64,000 nucleotides of DNA from Asterias rubens (Eukaryota), in NCBI RefSeq assembly GCF_902459465.1, contig NC_047062.1, forward strand, positions 8,742,001 through 8,806,000, in the 5' to 3' direction. Positions 25,564 through 38,200 of the stretch are shown here, one piece after another. How positions within the stretch are numbered: position 1 is the stretch's first letter; every line of letters begins with the position of its first letter. A model generated the notes under the pieces. The model was not told where the DNA came from. It made no database searches and was given only the letters and a program-made list of their open reading frames with translations. The translations under genes were made by a program, and so were the position numbers.

Positions 25564-28500
25564 TCATCTCCTGCCGGCCTTTTTCAATGGTGCAGGTCGA
25601 TGTTTGGTTTCTTTACACTTAGGAATATGACGCTCAGCCACGGTTGGATCAAACCTTCGCTGACAATGAGGGCACTGCGTATAATCGGAGTTCACAGCTG
25701 CGCGAGGGGGCGGGAGATCGCGGAGATCACCCCCTTTGGCAAGGTGGTTCTGTACTTTACGAGCGTCTTGTACTGCCTGGACTAGCTGATTATGTGACTC
25801 CCTCCAGTTGCTCTTCTTCTTCTGAGAGATGAGAAAAAGAAACATAATTGAGAAACTTTCCATGAAATATAAACAAAATACAAACGGTCATCTTGTCAGT
25901 GCAACAACTCTGTATCTTTGCTAAACAGAAATCCAGATGTACCAACAAAAATTGGTCAAACTTCATTAGTCTTTTTGAGATTTGGCGGACTCCATATATA
26001 GGAGAGCACAGTTTTGTTTGGGCGTACACAGACAAATTGACCTCAACCTAATAGTAATAGTGTCGTAGTGTTGTGTTCACCATCCCAAAATGGCTTTATA
26101 GAGCTGCTTAAGCACAGACAGTACCTAAACACAACAAAATTATGCTTCCAAGAACAAGCTTACCAGCCAAAAAAACATCTACACGTAACTTGTGTAATTT
26201 ATGATTGATTCCCTGTTAGTGAAAATTTTTAAGCACTATTTGCTGCTTTTAAAAGCAGCTCTACATAATTTGGCTTGACAAAACCTGTTTAAAAAATAAA
26301 ATATTTTGATAGCACACTCTCGAAAATCATTTGATTTCCCCCCAAAAAGTGATGCTTTTTAGAAAATTCCAGAAGGAGGGCTATCTACAAGTGCAGTATA
26401 TGTAGCATTCTTTGTCGAGAACGAGGTCGAACTTTGTGGCTTTGTGGGCACAAAAATATGATTGTTGATGCCCATCACAAAAAAAAGATTGGCCCCAAAT
26501 GGGGCTAAGTAAATTGACTGCTTGCAAAGACAGAGTTACTGGGTCCCTGAGTTAGAAGAGTTGCCTTTTTTTGCGGAAAATTCACTTAAAATTTGCATTA
26601 ATCATAATCAGCATTGACATTTCAGCTCACACTTGACATTTAACAAACTACGACCACTACCATTAGGCAGGTGACATGAATGCATTAGTTTTAAAGGCAA
26701 CATGCCAACAAAGAATAAGAAATGCAAAAACAGCTTCAGGAGAACCTGTCAAAATTATCTCCATGTGGTCCAGCTTGCCAGTTTAGTGTTGAATAGCTTC
26801 TACTTTTTAAAAATAAAAAGTGTAGACTAATGAAAAAAGCTGACAGAGTAGTGAAAAGCTCCATCACTGGACCAGTTCCGGAGTCAGCTGTCCAACCCAA
26901 GACTCGGTTAACCAAGCCCGCCACCAGTTTCTACTTGCACTAGGAGCCTACCCGCATCTGTAACTAATATACACCTATTTTTGTGAGCTTTTTGCTGATG
27001 TGTTCCCACGGCCTGCTCACTTTTGCACTTCATAGTACAATATTACTCGCATGATGAATAGGCTTTGACTACCGGTAGTAGCTGAATAGATGAATACATG
27101 TAGATGTGGGGCTTGTACTTTGTGTGCTTACTGCTAACTTAAGCTGAAAATTTGCTCTTACTAATGGTAAGCATATTTCAGAGATTAGCAAGAAAAAGAG
27201 GAGACCAAACAACTCGTCTGTGGGACAACTCGTCCATTCGGACAACTCGACGGATGATTTATTTAACTGTCGACTTGGGGTCGAAATAAGTTGAAGGATG
27301 GCCGTGACAGGGGCTCAGCGCAGGGCAGGAGGGGGTGAATAGCGGCCTGGGGGGGGGGGGGGGGGGTTTGTACTGACCTGGCACATGCACAGGCGTTCCC
27401 CGGTATAATAATGTTTTAACATTTACCTAATTTTGTTTAATCTGTTACTTTGAGTAAATTTAAGAGAATTGTAGCTGGCTAAGTAAATAGAGTCATGCAC
27501 AAAGTCTCACAGGTAGTCATACCAGATACTTCTTCCAAGTACCGTATGGCTTCACTGGGACACCACACTTTCTTGTGATAAATAATAATTGATAAATTAT
27601 AGAATGGCAGGATTTAGGCTATACAGGAAAATTTGTGTAAACATGACAGTAACGGAGGTCGGCTGCTCAACCGTCGACTTGTCTTGGCCATCCATCGAGT
27701 TGTCTCAAAGTCGAGTTGTCTGAACCGTCGAGTTGTCCGAACGGTTGAGTTGTCTGAACCGTTGAGTTGTCCGAATGGACGAGTTGTCTGACATTCGAAA
27801 AAGAGATGGCTAACTTGATGTTCACCATGGATTTGCATTGTAACATCGTTCATTTTCATATAAGCCTCATACGTTCTTACAGTTAGCAGCACTATAAAAA
27901 TTAGAAATTGCACAATAAGCACATAATCGGCATTAAGCAGCTTTATGAAATTGGTCCTCGGTTCTGCTCGATGCCTGAAAAGCCTGCAAATACAATAAAA
28001 TTGAATCCAAACAAATTATTCATAAATTCACTCACCGGTTTGTAGTTTCTTTCCTTTTCTGAAGGTTGATAATTATCAAGATCTGTTCCTTCAGCTCGAT
28101 GCTTTCTTGTATCAAAAACCTTCCTAGGTTTCTTCGTAGCGGTCTTTTTGCAAACCTTGGCATGTTTGGCAAGTCTGTCTGCGTTGAAGTTTCTCCCGCA
28201 AATAGGACATTCTCGGAGATTCAAGTCTGCCCTGGCATCTTCTGACGTTTCAGCCACTTCTAAATAGAAATCAACTCCTGAACGCTTAGTTGTCGGCTCG
28301 TCATTATACTCAGGCGTGGGAACTGGTTGTGGCTCTGGCTTTCTTCGTTTTGGTTTAGGCTTTTCCTTTGGTTTTACCTTAACTGGTTTCGTAATGACAG
28401 GCTCACTTGGCGTTACTGAGCTCATGTCATCATAAGGTGTGCTGCCATCTGAAAACTCTGACTGGTTCCGTGAGTAAGAGTCATGCCTTGGGAGATGTTG

Positions 28501-29898
28501 TTTATCGCTTTTCTTCGATTTGAGCTTGGGTTGTCGTCGTGGGGAGTTCTCAATGTCTGATTTATTATCATATTTTGATAGCTCACTTTGCTTTTTGGAA
28601 ATTTTTTCCTCAAGTTCTCTCATGTATCTGTTCTGTTCTTCCATGTCGTCAAGCTCCTTCTGACGTTGTTTTTGTCTGGACTTTTGTTCTTTCATGTCAG
28701 ATTCATATTGATAGTCCACCTCAGGTTCTCTCTGACTCTCCATACCCTGTTGGTATTTTTCTAACCTGTTGACGCGCTCAAGATCTTGTTCGAGTTGCCA
28801 TTTTTGAAAGTCTGTCGCCTTTTGGGGTCTCTTTTGTTGATTATTTGGTTTTCTTTTGATTTGTGCAGTTTGGGGAAAGTTTGGGCTTGAAGTCTGATTT
28901 AGTTCGTTTTCATCATCTGATGAGTAGGAAACTGGAGGCTTCCACTCTGGTTTAGGCTTGGCTTTGGGTTTTGCCTGTTTGGGTTTAACCGGTTGTTTTC
29001 TTTGATTTGTTGGGTTGGGCGCTGTATCTCCTTCCCCATCAGGGTATGTAACCTCTTCTGGAGGTGCCCATTCAGGTTTGACTTGAGGCCTGGTTTTATT
29101 CCTCTGCTTTAGGGGTGATGATTTCTTAGCAGGGATAGGTATTTCATCCTCATCTTCATCACCTGAGAATGAAGATGGGGCCTGCCATTTTATTTTCGCG
29201 TTGGCCTTTGAAATTTTGTTGCCCTTTGGAGGTTTTGCTTTCAGATTGTTTGACGCTTGTCCACCAACAGGAGGATGGGGCTGATGTCCTTGAGGACTGA
29301 AATCTGCTTTATTGTAAATGCCATTATTATTATAGAACCCATCTTGGTTCGATGTCCTGTGCATGTCTTTCAAGCTTTGTGATTGGCCCTTTCCGATTGG
29401 TGCAAGGGGTTTGGATCGACTATACCCATCCATCTTCTTCTGAGACAGCTGTCTTTCACTGTTAGCTCGTCTCATCTCATGTAACTGTCTCTCTTTCTCT
29501 TCCTCTGCTCTCCACGTGTGTTCACCTTTGCTCTGACGCTTCTTCTGTTGGAAATGTTGAGTTCTGTCCAAAGCGTGATCAGAGTCTGTCTGCTCTATCT
29601 CCCGACGTTCCTTGAAGAAGTCCCTGACAATACCGCGCTTGTTGCCCGATCCGCTTACCCGCTCTAGGGCTATCTCCTGGTTCTGTTGATACATTTTGGT
29701 GATTTTTGCCTCTTTTTCGCGAAGCAGCTGATCTTGGTATCTATTCCGCATCATAAGAAGTCGGGATGGCTCTGGGGCACTAAGATTCCGTCTTAACTGT
29801 TCTTGCTTGACTTTGCTCACGGGTACAGGGATATGTGAAGAAGCAGTACGTCGTGTTGTACCCTTTGAAGGGTTGGAGTAGGAGTGTATGGCTGCCAT
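25564..29898 (-). CDS. ZC2HC1C: Zinc finger C2HC domain-containing protein 1C (FAM164C-like), 2 coding exons, ~706 aa
   Basis: Exon 29898-28036 (donor CCG|gtgagt) and exon 25821-25564 (phase 0). Two C2HC fingers, CPICGRNFNADRLAKHAKVC and CPHCQRRFDPTVAERHIPKC. The C-terminus KKSNWR..AKGG..DLPP..DY.QCPHC..ERHIPKCK..K.RP.P is diagnostic of the 1C paralogue. A non-coding first exon probably has its donor near 30455. Confidence 0.88.
27201..27796. mobile_element. Mutator(MULE)-like non-autonomous element with 9-bp TSD and 17-bp subterminal tandem repeats
   Basis: TSD GAAAAAGAG at 27192-27200 and 27797-27805; G...C termini; arrays of GAGTTGTC(T/C)GAA-type units inverted between the ends; inserted in a family B copy (about 27120-27959). 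Confidence 0.75.
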
Positions 29899-30589
29899 AT
29901 TTCACAATTGATTGTCTGGGTGCTCAGTTAGAAGTGCATGTCAGGAAACATTTTCTGAAAAATAGGCAAAGGGAGATAATAAGTGTGTTATTTTAAGTCA
30001 ATTAATTGAATTATATTTTTGATTTATTTTACGCCATACTAGCTTCTGAATATTAAATAAAATACCAACCATTGAAAGGTGTGAAAACATGACGTTGTTC
30101 CAATGTCGTGCATGCGTTAGCACTGTTATAAAGTGTTACTGTTATTAGTTAAATGATGGCGGACTATCTCTTGCAACGTAAAATCAAAACTTTAAAAATG
30201 TCGACACACGATGAAGTGCAAGTGTTATTGTTAAAAGGTTGGATAAATGATTTAAAAAAAACCATTTAGTTTTTGATTGTGAACAATTTTCCTGTTATCC
30301 TACCGAAAACACACCAGGATACACAACCCCCCATGAAATGATGATGAACAAACAAAACGGAAAAACATTTCGTAGCTTTCTTCATCATGACATGTCCATT
30401 CATCAGTTGTGCTTAAAACTTACGAGTAAAAAAAAATAACAAACAAAATATTTACCTCTTCGCTGTGACTATGTATCACAATGATAAAGATTTCCAGCCA
30501 TTTATAGACAACATTTTCATTTTCAAAGAACTGGAATGCACGACGACGGGATAGATGTCTCCTAGAAACAGTAAACAATTTGACCGCGC

Positions 30590-31240
30590 TGTGACCTTAG
30601 CAATAGAGGGCGTACTTCAAGTTAGCGGCCATATTTAAATAATAGACTTTTCGTTTGAGTTCGTTCGAAAGTAGAAGAAGCACCCGCAGAAAAAGAGGGG
30701 AAAAACGACTTGTCACTGTGTAATGATGTTAGATGATGGAAGGGGGCCAACGAATTGATGAAGATGAAACAAATGGTAATGTTTTTTGAACCTTGAATGA
30801 GTGTAATGTTTATGTATTGTATGTTTATCCGAATTTATTGCTTTCTTTTATCGACTCTCCCGCCACCCCACACACACAGTCAACACTCACTTCTCACGGG
30901 TAAGCCTTCTCACACGAGTCACACACAGAGCACAGTCAGCGAGCTGTCTGGCTGTGTGTGTCACCATGAAGGTCACTGACTCACCACTCACTCACTGACT
31001 GAGTGAGTGTCAACTGTGGTGTGTGTGTCAACTGTGGTGTGTGAATAAGCATGATGATTGATAAGGTTTATCGCGATTCAGAACCACAAAAGGTGCAATA
31101 AGGTTTATCGCGATTCAGAAACGCAATGCATTGTGGGAAGGAATATGGGGCGGTTTCTATGCAGTTTCTACGACTCACGCACACAACGCCTATACCTTTG
31201 TGTGGGTTCAACAGCGCCCTCTCTTGATATTTTGCTAGGA
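30590..31240. promoter_or_regulatory. Putative bidirectional promoter region between ZC2HC1C and MLH3
   Basis: CpG-enriched interval between the two divergent genes. YY1-like GCGGCCATATT at 30625-30635, Staf/ZNF143 site at 31122-31140, GC box GGGGCGG at 31147-31153. TSS positions are unknown. Confidence 0.6.
31122..31140 (-). promoter_or_regulatory. ZNF143/Staf binding site (SBS)
   Basis: The reverse complement CTTCCCACAATGCATTGCG matches the consensus YYWCCCRNMATSCMYYRCR at all 19 positions. Confidence 0.65.
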
Positions 31241-31369
31241 AAAGTTTCCGTATGGCGCCACCACTTTTTCATTCGATATGAAATAATATAGGAACTTATT
31301 TACCTGATTGATATATCCCTTTTTGTAAAAATGAGTGAAAAAGTGGTGGCGCCATACGGAAAGTTATCC
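31238..31369. mobile_element. MITE with 8-bp TSD and GG...CC termini (Merlin-like)
   Basis: TSD TTTTGCTA at 31230-31237 and 31370-31377; TIR GGA(A/T)AA(G/C)TTTCCGTATGGCGCCACCACTTTT. Superfamily is inferred. Confidence 0.7.
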
Positions 31370-32039
31370 TTTTGCTATTTGCGATGTGTATGGGTAGGCA
31401 GATGGGGCACATTTGCTACCGGCCGTGGTGTTTGTTGTCATGCACGACTCGCGCATGCATCGCCTATGATGTACATACGATGAATATGGGTTCAACAGCG
31501 CCTTCTCTTGATATTTTGCTATTCGCGATAAAATGTGATGGAGCCTGTATTTAGTTAGATCTGTTTACTTATTTACACTGAAAAGATTTCCGTATCACCA
31601 CGGAGCCATGTATGGTGCAATGGTATCATCATCATGATCATGCTGCCTGCCACCACTTTTGCACAGATTTTAACCGCTAATTTAATAGGAATATCTTATA
31701 TCAATTCATTTGATTTGAGTAGGTTAATTAAAATTAATACTAATTAGTTTCAAAGCGAATGTAAAAGTAGTGGCAGGAACAGGATCTGGAAATATCAACA
31801 GATTTGATTTGATTCCTGCTTAAAACATATTAAGTCTTAATAATGTTCTATTAAGGTGTTGTTTTTGTTGTGTACCGCTTTGGCCAATTTTTACAATGCA
31901 TGCTTTGATTTTGAATGTACTATTCCAATTTTTATTTTTTATATTGCTTTGTAAAAAAATGTTCTTTGCTCTTATTTAAGAAATTATATTATACTATTTA
32001 GTGTTAAACACAATCACTGAAATCTCTTAACTAAATTTC

Positions 32040-32111
32040 TAGTTGCGATAACGTAACCCTCCTCCCAACAGCCGCAAGGTCGGAGGGAGCAGGGTTACGT
32101 AATCGCAACTA
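32040..32111. mobile_element. Short hairpin MITE, family L (TIR TAGTTGCGAT(A/T)AC..AACCCT)
   Basis: tagttgcgataacgtaaccct...agggttacgtaatcgcaacta; related copies at about 48076-48267 and 58101-58215. Confidence 0.6.
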
Positions 32112-32255
32112 CTATTATTTCAGTTAGGGATGACTTATATTGTAATTTTGTTCAATTTGCTTCTTTTTCTTTTATATACTAATTTCAGAACAAGTTCATT
32201 TAGAATGAACTTTACAGTTACACCAAACGACTGAACCATAATCTGAGATGATATC

Positions 32256-35200
32256 ATGATCCGTTTATTGCCACTAGAGGTGCAGTCTTGCCTTCGCTCT
32301 GGTATCGCCACTCCGAGTATTGCCCAGTGTGTTGAGGAGCTAGTACTCAACAGTGTAGACGCAGGAGCAACCTGCGTTGCCGTCCGTGTTGATGTGCCCA
32401 ACTTCAAAATACAGGTTTGACCTACCAGAGCCTTTTTACAGATGGATTGCGCTCGACGTCATTGACCACCATCTTTGATGAAATGCCCACACATGAAAGG
32501 CTATTATTGGATGAGGGTTTTGCGCAGTCGTACTTGAGGGCACTTTTCCATTTTATATGTTCAAATATGGTGGTTGAAGACGCTATGTGCAATCTATCTA
32601 ACTCTAACTGTCATATTGACTGTGTACGCTAGTCTCTTCTATGAGTAATGACATACAAAGTATATTATTATTCATAAATTTAAGACAAATGAGATCAATC
32701 AAAAACAGTAAACTTAGATGTTAAACTGGGTCAGGAAGTTTGTTCTTATTTTGACTCTGGTCTTGTAAATAAAATTCTGGTTCTGTAAAAGTTTTGAGCG
32801 TCAAGCCCTGTGGTCTTGTGGTTTTTTAATGCAAGTTCGCCCAAAACAAGGCTAAAAGCCACTCTAGTTAAAGGGAGATCATACGATGAAGGGAAACATG
32901 CACTAGGCAAGGAGTTCCCCTCCAAACTTAAGCTGTGAGACTCATTGATGGCTTCATTGTTTTCAGATATAAAATACTTTTTTTAAACCGGGTACAGTTT
33001 TTATATAAATGCTCTCCTTAGGAAAGAATCATTCTGATTTGAGTGATCAATGTTTAATTTTTATTATATTCAAACCAATTAAAAAGTCGGTTGGAAATAA
33101 TTTTATTTACTAATTTGTGATATGTTCCTCATAAGGAGTAAATAATTCCCATAACCACTGAGTACACTCTGCAAACAGGTCGTAGACAACGGAAAAGGAC
33201 TTAGCGAAGAAGAGCTTGCCCTTGTCGGTCGACGCTATGCCACGAGCAAGTGCCATAAGCTGGCAGACCTGGAGCATTTGGAATATTTTGGATACAGAGG
33301 AGAGGCTCTAGCTAGCATTGTTGACATTGCTAGAGTGCTTGAGATTGTCAGCAGGGCCAATGAGTCTGATGTCACCATGTCAAAGCTTTTCCAGTCCGGC
33401 AAGTCTGAGGTAATCTTAAACACGTCACATCAGTATTCTGAAGAAAAAAATTGTGCCCACTTGCTGTATTATTTTTTAGAACGTTGTTGGAGCTTCGTGA
33501 TACAATTTTTTTTTCTTTTGAAAATATTGTTGCCACAATGAAACCCTGACTTGATAACAAAAAATTATAAATTGATTTGTTGTTGCCGTGTAATTCTTAG
33601 AACATCGGCCATGAGCTATGGCTGAAAATCTGCTATGGTATGCTGGAATCTTGGAATGCCCAGACCTATCTCCCATTGAGGCTGATATAATGACAACAAA
33701 ATTGTGGCAGCCTGGCATTTTTTTCTTCTTCACAGTTTTACAACGATAGGACCAAAGTCTGGAATCTGGGGTAAAACAATAACCCCAAGAAAGGGGTTTC
33801 TAGAACCTGTTTTTGTATAGGTGAAACCAAGCAGATCATGGTAGGTGCCTGTCTGTGCATGCTACATACAGGAGAGTCCAGGTATATAAAAACCGCAGCT
33901 GTCCAGCTGTCAGCAAAATACTTGGAAATTCCAAAGTTGTTCCGGGCATTAAAAATTCAAAATGTCATTTTATCAAGAAGGTGGCACATATTGGGGTCCA
34001 ATGTCATCGTTTAGTTTACTGCCGAATTCAGTGCTTACGGCGTGCTGTAGAGGACATAATTCTTTTAGTCGTAAGTGCATACTCTCCTGGTTAGCAGAGC
34101 CATGATATTTGGTCCTGGATAAAGCTTAACTTCAATAATGTGTATTGATTGGGAATTCTTGTTCACAGGCCTAAATTATTGGGCATGTTGAAAATTCTAG
34201 TTGTTGATCTGTTTCCCTTCAGGTATTTGAGGCATCAAGGAAGAGGCCAAGCGTTGGGACCACTGTGACAGTCCATGGTGTATTTTATAACATGCCTGTC
34301 AGGAGGAAGATGATATCACATACTCTAGGCTATGAGCGGGTCTGTCGCCGTATCGAAGGTCTTGCACTGATCCATCCCGACATCTCATTCTCACTACGTG
34401 ATGACAGCTCAGGAACCAAATCTATCCAGACACACATTGCATCATCCACAGTGGCCACATTTCGCTTTCTCTTCGGGCAGAGCAAAGCAAAATGTCTCAA
34501 GCAGGTTATCCATCAAGAATGTGGGGTTAGTATCTCGGGGCATATCGGAACAGACGGTCATCCAAATAAGAGTCTACAGTTCATTTATGTTAGCAACCGC
34601 CTGGTGTTGAAGACGAGGCTTCACAAAGCCATCAACCATCTCTTGAGGAAGTCACTGATCGCTCACTACAGGCCTCGGTTTGGAGATAAAAAAAGCTCAG
34701 CCGATTCCACCACAGTCCTTGAGTTATCAAACAGCCCAGGCAGGGCCGCAGATCTTTACGGTATTTTTGTTCTGAATGTAAGATGCCCGCTCAGTGAGTA
34801 TGACATTTGCCTTGAGCCATCTAAAACACTGGTCGAGTTCAGAGATTGGAGTGTAGTGTTGGGATGTGTCCAAAAGCTCGTAGACCAGTTCCTGACTCAA
34901 GAAAACCTCACGATGAAACAGGAAAAGGAACACTCAGAAAGCAGTCAGTGTGATCTACTTACACTTGAGGACGGATCAAGTCAAGAAGATGAGGAGGTGT
35001 CTCCAAGCGACAAAGAAAGAATGGATACTAACCTTTCCTCAAGGCTGTCCCAGAAGTATGGGCGAGGTATAAATGCTGCTTCATGCAGCAGCACATTGCA
35101 ATCACTCACAGTCAGAAGACCACTGAATAAACGGAAAAACAATATCAGTACCTCTACAGAAGTCATCTCGCTGGTCTCTTACAGCTCCTCACCAGAAGTC

Positions 35201-38200
35201 GCAAGAAGTTCCTCAGAGGTTACCTCCCCAGTCTGTTTTGGCTCCTCAGCAGATGTGAGCTCCCCAGTTGGTGTAAGAATTTCCCCAACCTCCTTGATGG
35301 TGGAGGCAAGAAGCAGTCCACTAACTGGGGAGAACAATACTTCCAATCAGCCAAGGAAAGTAAAACAGACATCACCAACAATGATTAGTGATGTTGGTTC
35401 CTTTGAATCTGAGACAGAACATCCAGGCAGAGAATGTAACACAAACGACAAGAAACTTGTTGACTCCATTATCCAAGAACCAAATATTGATTTGGATGGA
35501 AGTGTCGACAAAGAGAAGTTCACTGAGCAAAGTGAGAAACAATTAAATGGTCAGAATGAGGTGTACAACCAGCATCTGGGTGGCAATAAATTCCATGTAA
35601 AAACGGTTTCACACTTGTCATCTAGAGAGAAGGGTCTCCTTCAAGAGCCTGTATCAGATGTTGAAGAAAGCTCATCGAAAGTCTTCAATGCCAGTCACTC
35701 TGAAACAAGTGAGAAATTGACATCAGAATTGGACTATGAGAAAGTATACAACATGTGCGCCCCTGTTATGGATGGACCTGATATAAGTTCATCTGAACTC
35801 CATCATGTTGAAAGTCAGTCGTCTACTCCAGAACAAATCGGCATTTTGTTTGAGGTACAAGGTATCACAGACAAGAATGAAAAATCTCTCAAAGTGATAG
35901 TTGAAGAAGTAACACCTGATTATGGTGTTGCCATCAACTCATTGGAGAGTAATATATCAAGTGAATATTGTTCATATGAAAACGACAAAGTAGATGAGCA
36001 GAGCGGTGATTCAACAGTCACATTACAAGAGCATCTCAGAGAAAATATCTCAAACTCAGCAATCACATCAGATACAAGGACACTGATAGATCTGGTTAAT
36101 TGTGATCAGTTTACAACCCCCAATGTAGAAATTCCGGACTCCTTAACATATTCTGGTCACTCAAACCAGAAGGAATCCATTTCGGACTTGTCCAGTTTCG
36201 GGTTGGATACTTCATCTTTTGATTCTGATGGAGTGAGCAACACATCAGATTCATGTGTCCTCATTGAGAAGGGTGAGCCACCGTCAGTTCAGACAACAAA
36301 GTCATCACCTGGTATTGCAGTAAAAGGATCATCACCAAATTCTTGTGAAGTTTATGGCACGAGTTTGAGAGACAAAGCCAAGTGTCATCTCAAAACCCTC
36401 CGAACTTCCAAGCCTGATGATTCCCGAAAACAAAATCATCTTAAAGACGGTGCATTTTCATCTTCATCATCAAGGTGTCAGGATTCGTTCAGAAGTTCCT
36501 TACAGATATTCAGGAGGTCATTTAGAGCTGAGCATGATGGCAAAGAGGTTGTTCAACACTCAATCTCAGAGCTACTGAAGGGGAAAGATGTTGAGGCAAC
36601 AAGAAGGTTCCATCTGAGGAATACAGGCAGGCAGAAGCAATCCTCTCATTTCACTACCACCTCCCCTGTGATGCTTAAGAGGCGATTTCCTCCTGGTGAC
36701 ATGATGCTGGGAAATAACACTTCCGATGAGAAGTCAATCAATGATTGTCTGAAGAAAAGGCAGATGTCCGTGCCCAACAAGAAAAATGAACCTGCCGAGT
36801 CCGTCTTGGAACCTCTCAAAAGCACTGAAATGAGAAACAGTAAAGAGAATTGTAGTCCACAGACAGAATCTGAAAAGATATCAGCTAAAAATACCCTTGA
36901 TGTGCATGTCTCGACTGAGAATAAAGGAAGCAATGGTGAACAACACTCCAGAGTTACAGTCACAAACAAACCAAATCTGAAACGGTTAAGGCAGATACAC
37001 ATGGCCTCGGAAAAGAAATCAGCCAGTGAAGCAATAGTAGACACTTTTGCACCGAGGAAGAGACAAGCAACAACATCAACAGGAACCATAGCCTTGGAGA
37101 ACCTGAGGCAGGAAAGAACCATAGGCAAGAGAGATGCACCATTGACAAAGAGGTTCATGACATCGGACAGATTTCTGCAAACTTTCCAAAGGGTCTTCCC
37201 AACAGTTGGTATTAAAGCAAAACATTTGACATCAGAGCAAGAAATTTCTCATGAAGCACAGGTGCCCCAAGGTCTTCATCATATTCAACATTCCCCTCAG
37301 GCTACTGGTATCAAATTCATTGCTACTCATCTTCAGGCAGGACCAGAAACTTCAACTAACTTAAGCCTTCAACAAGCTGCTCTAAATGTTCAAATGCCAC
37401 ACTCATTAGTTGTTACGGAACAGCAGGAAACAAACAAGCAATGTGATGAAATGAGTCCTATTACGGATGCTGAACAAGTATGTGGCTTACCTCCTCATAC
37501 AGGACAAACTGGACAGAAGGAAAGCCCCAAACTTGGAAAAACTCACCTTAACTTAAAAACTAACAAATGCAGAATTGAGTCTCAAGTCCAGAGTGAAATT
37601 GGAGAAGAGGTAAAAATTGTGGAAGACCGAATCAAAGAGGATAGCTTTCAAATACAAGGAGAAAGCCAAAGAAAGGTTCATGAACTGCATGATAAAGAGC
37701 CTGAAAGACAAACTGATCTAACTTACGATGACGCCGTAAATGAGCCTTTCTCTCAGAGGTTGGGGACAGAGAGCATGTTTTGCAGCCAATCATCTGAAGA
37801 AATCTCACAAAGCCTTTCAAGAGATGAACAACATTCCCAATCTGTTATCCTGTGCGATACAAAGACCTTTAAACTGAGGAGAGAACAACTGTCCGGTTTG
37901 CCAACCATTTTAAGATCTTTCGTCCCCTCCGACCTGAATGCCTACTGCAGTGAACCAACTGAAATAGAGTACATTGGATGTAACATCAATTTGGATAAAG
38001 ATGATCCGTTGTCTTCGGAAATTGAAACTACTAAAGTGTCAAATTTGGATTTGGAGAGCAGGTCTTATCCCTTCCTTCTACCTAACTTACAAGACTTAGA
38101 AGCAACATTTACTGATAACCAGCATGAAAACACAGAGGATGAAGTTACACTTGAAGTCGGCAGAAAATGTGACCCAGGCTTTGTCCCATTTCTTGATACC

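Noticed and set aside
27690-27790. Regular 17-bp repeats resembling a CRISPR array
   Set aside because: There are no unique spacers and no cas genes, the context is eukaryotic, and the repeats are subterminal arrays of a TSD-flanked transposon.
29960-32200. ACYP1 (acylphosphatase) between ZC2HC1C and MLH3, as in human
   Set aside because: No ORF or exon with the GxVQGVxFR motif was seen in the interval.
36646-37158. 170-aa antisense ORF within the MLH3 giant exon
   Set aside because: Shadow ORF of a long coding strand; no domain-like features or splice support.
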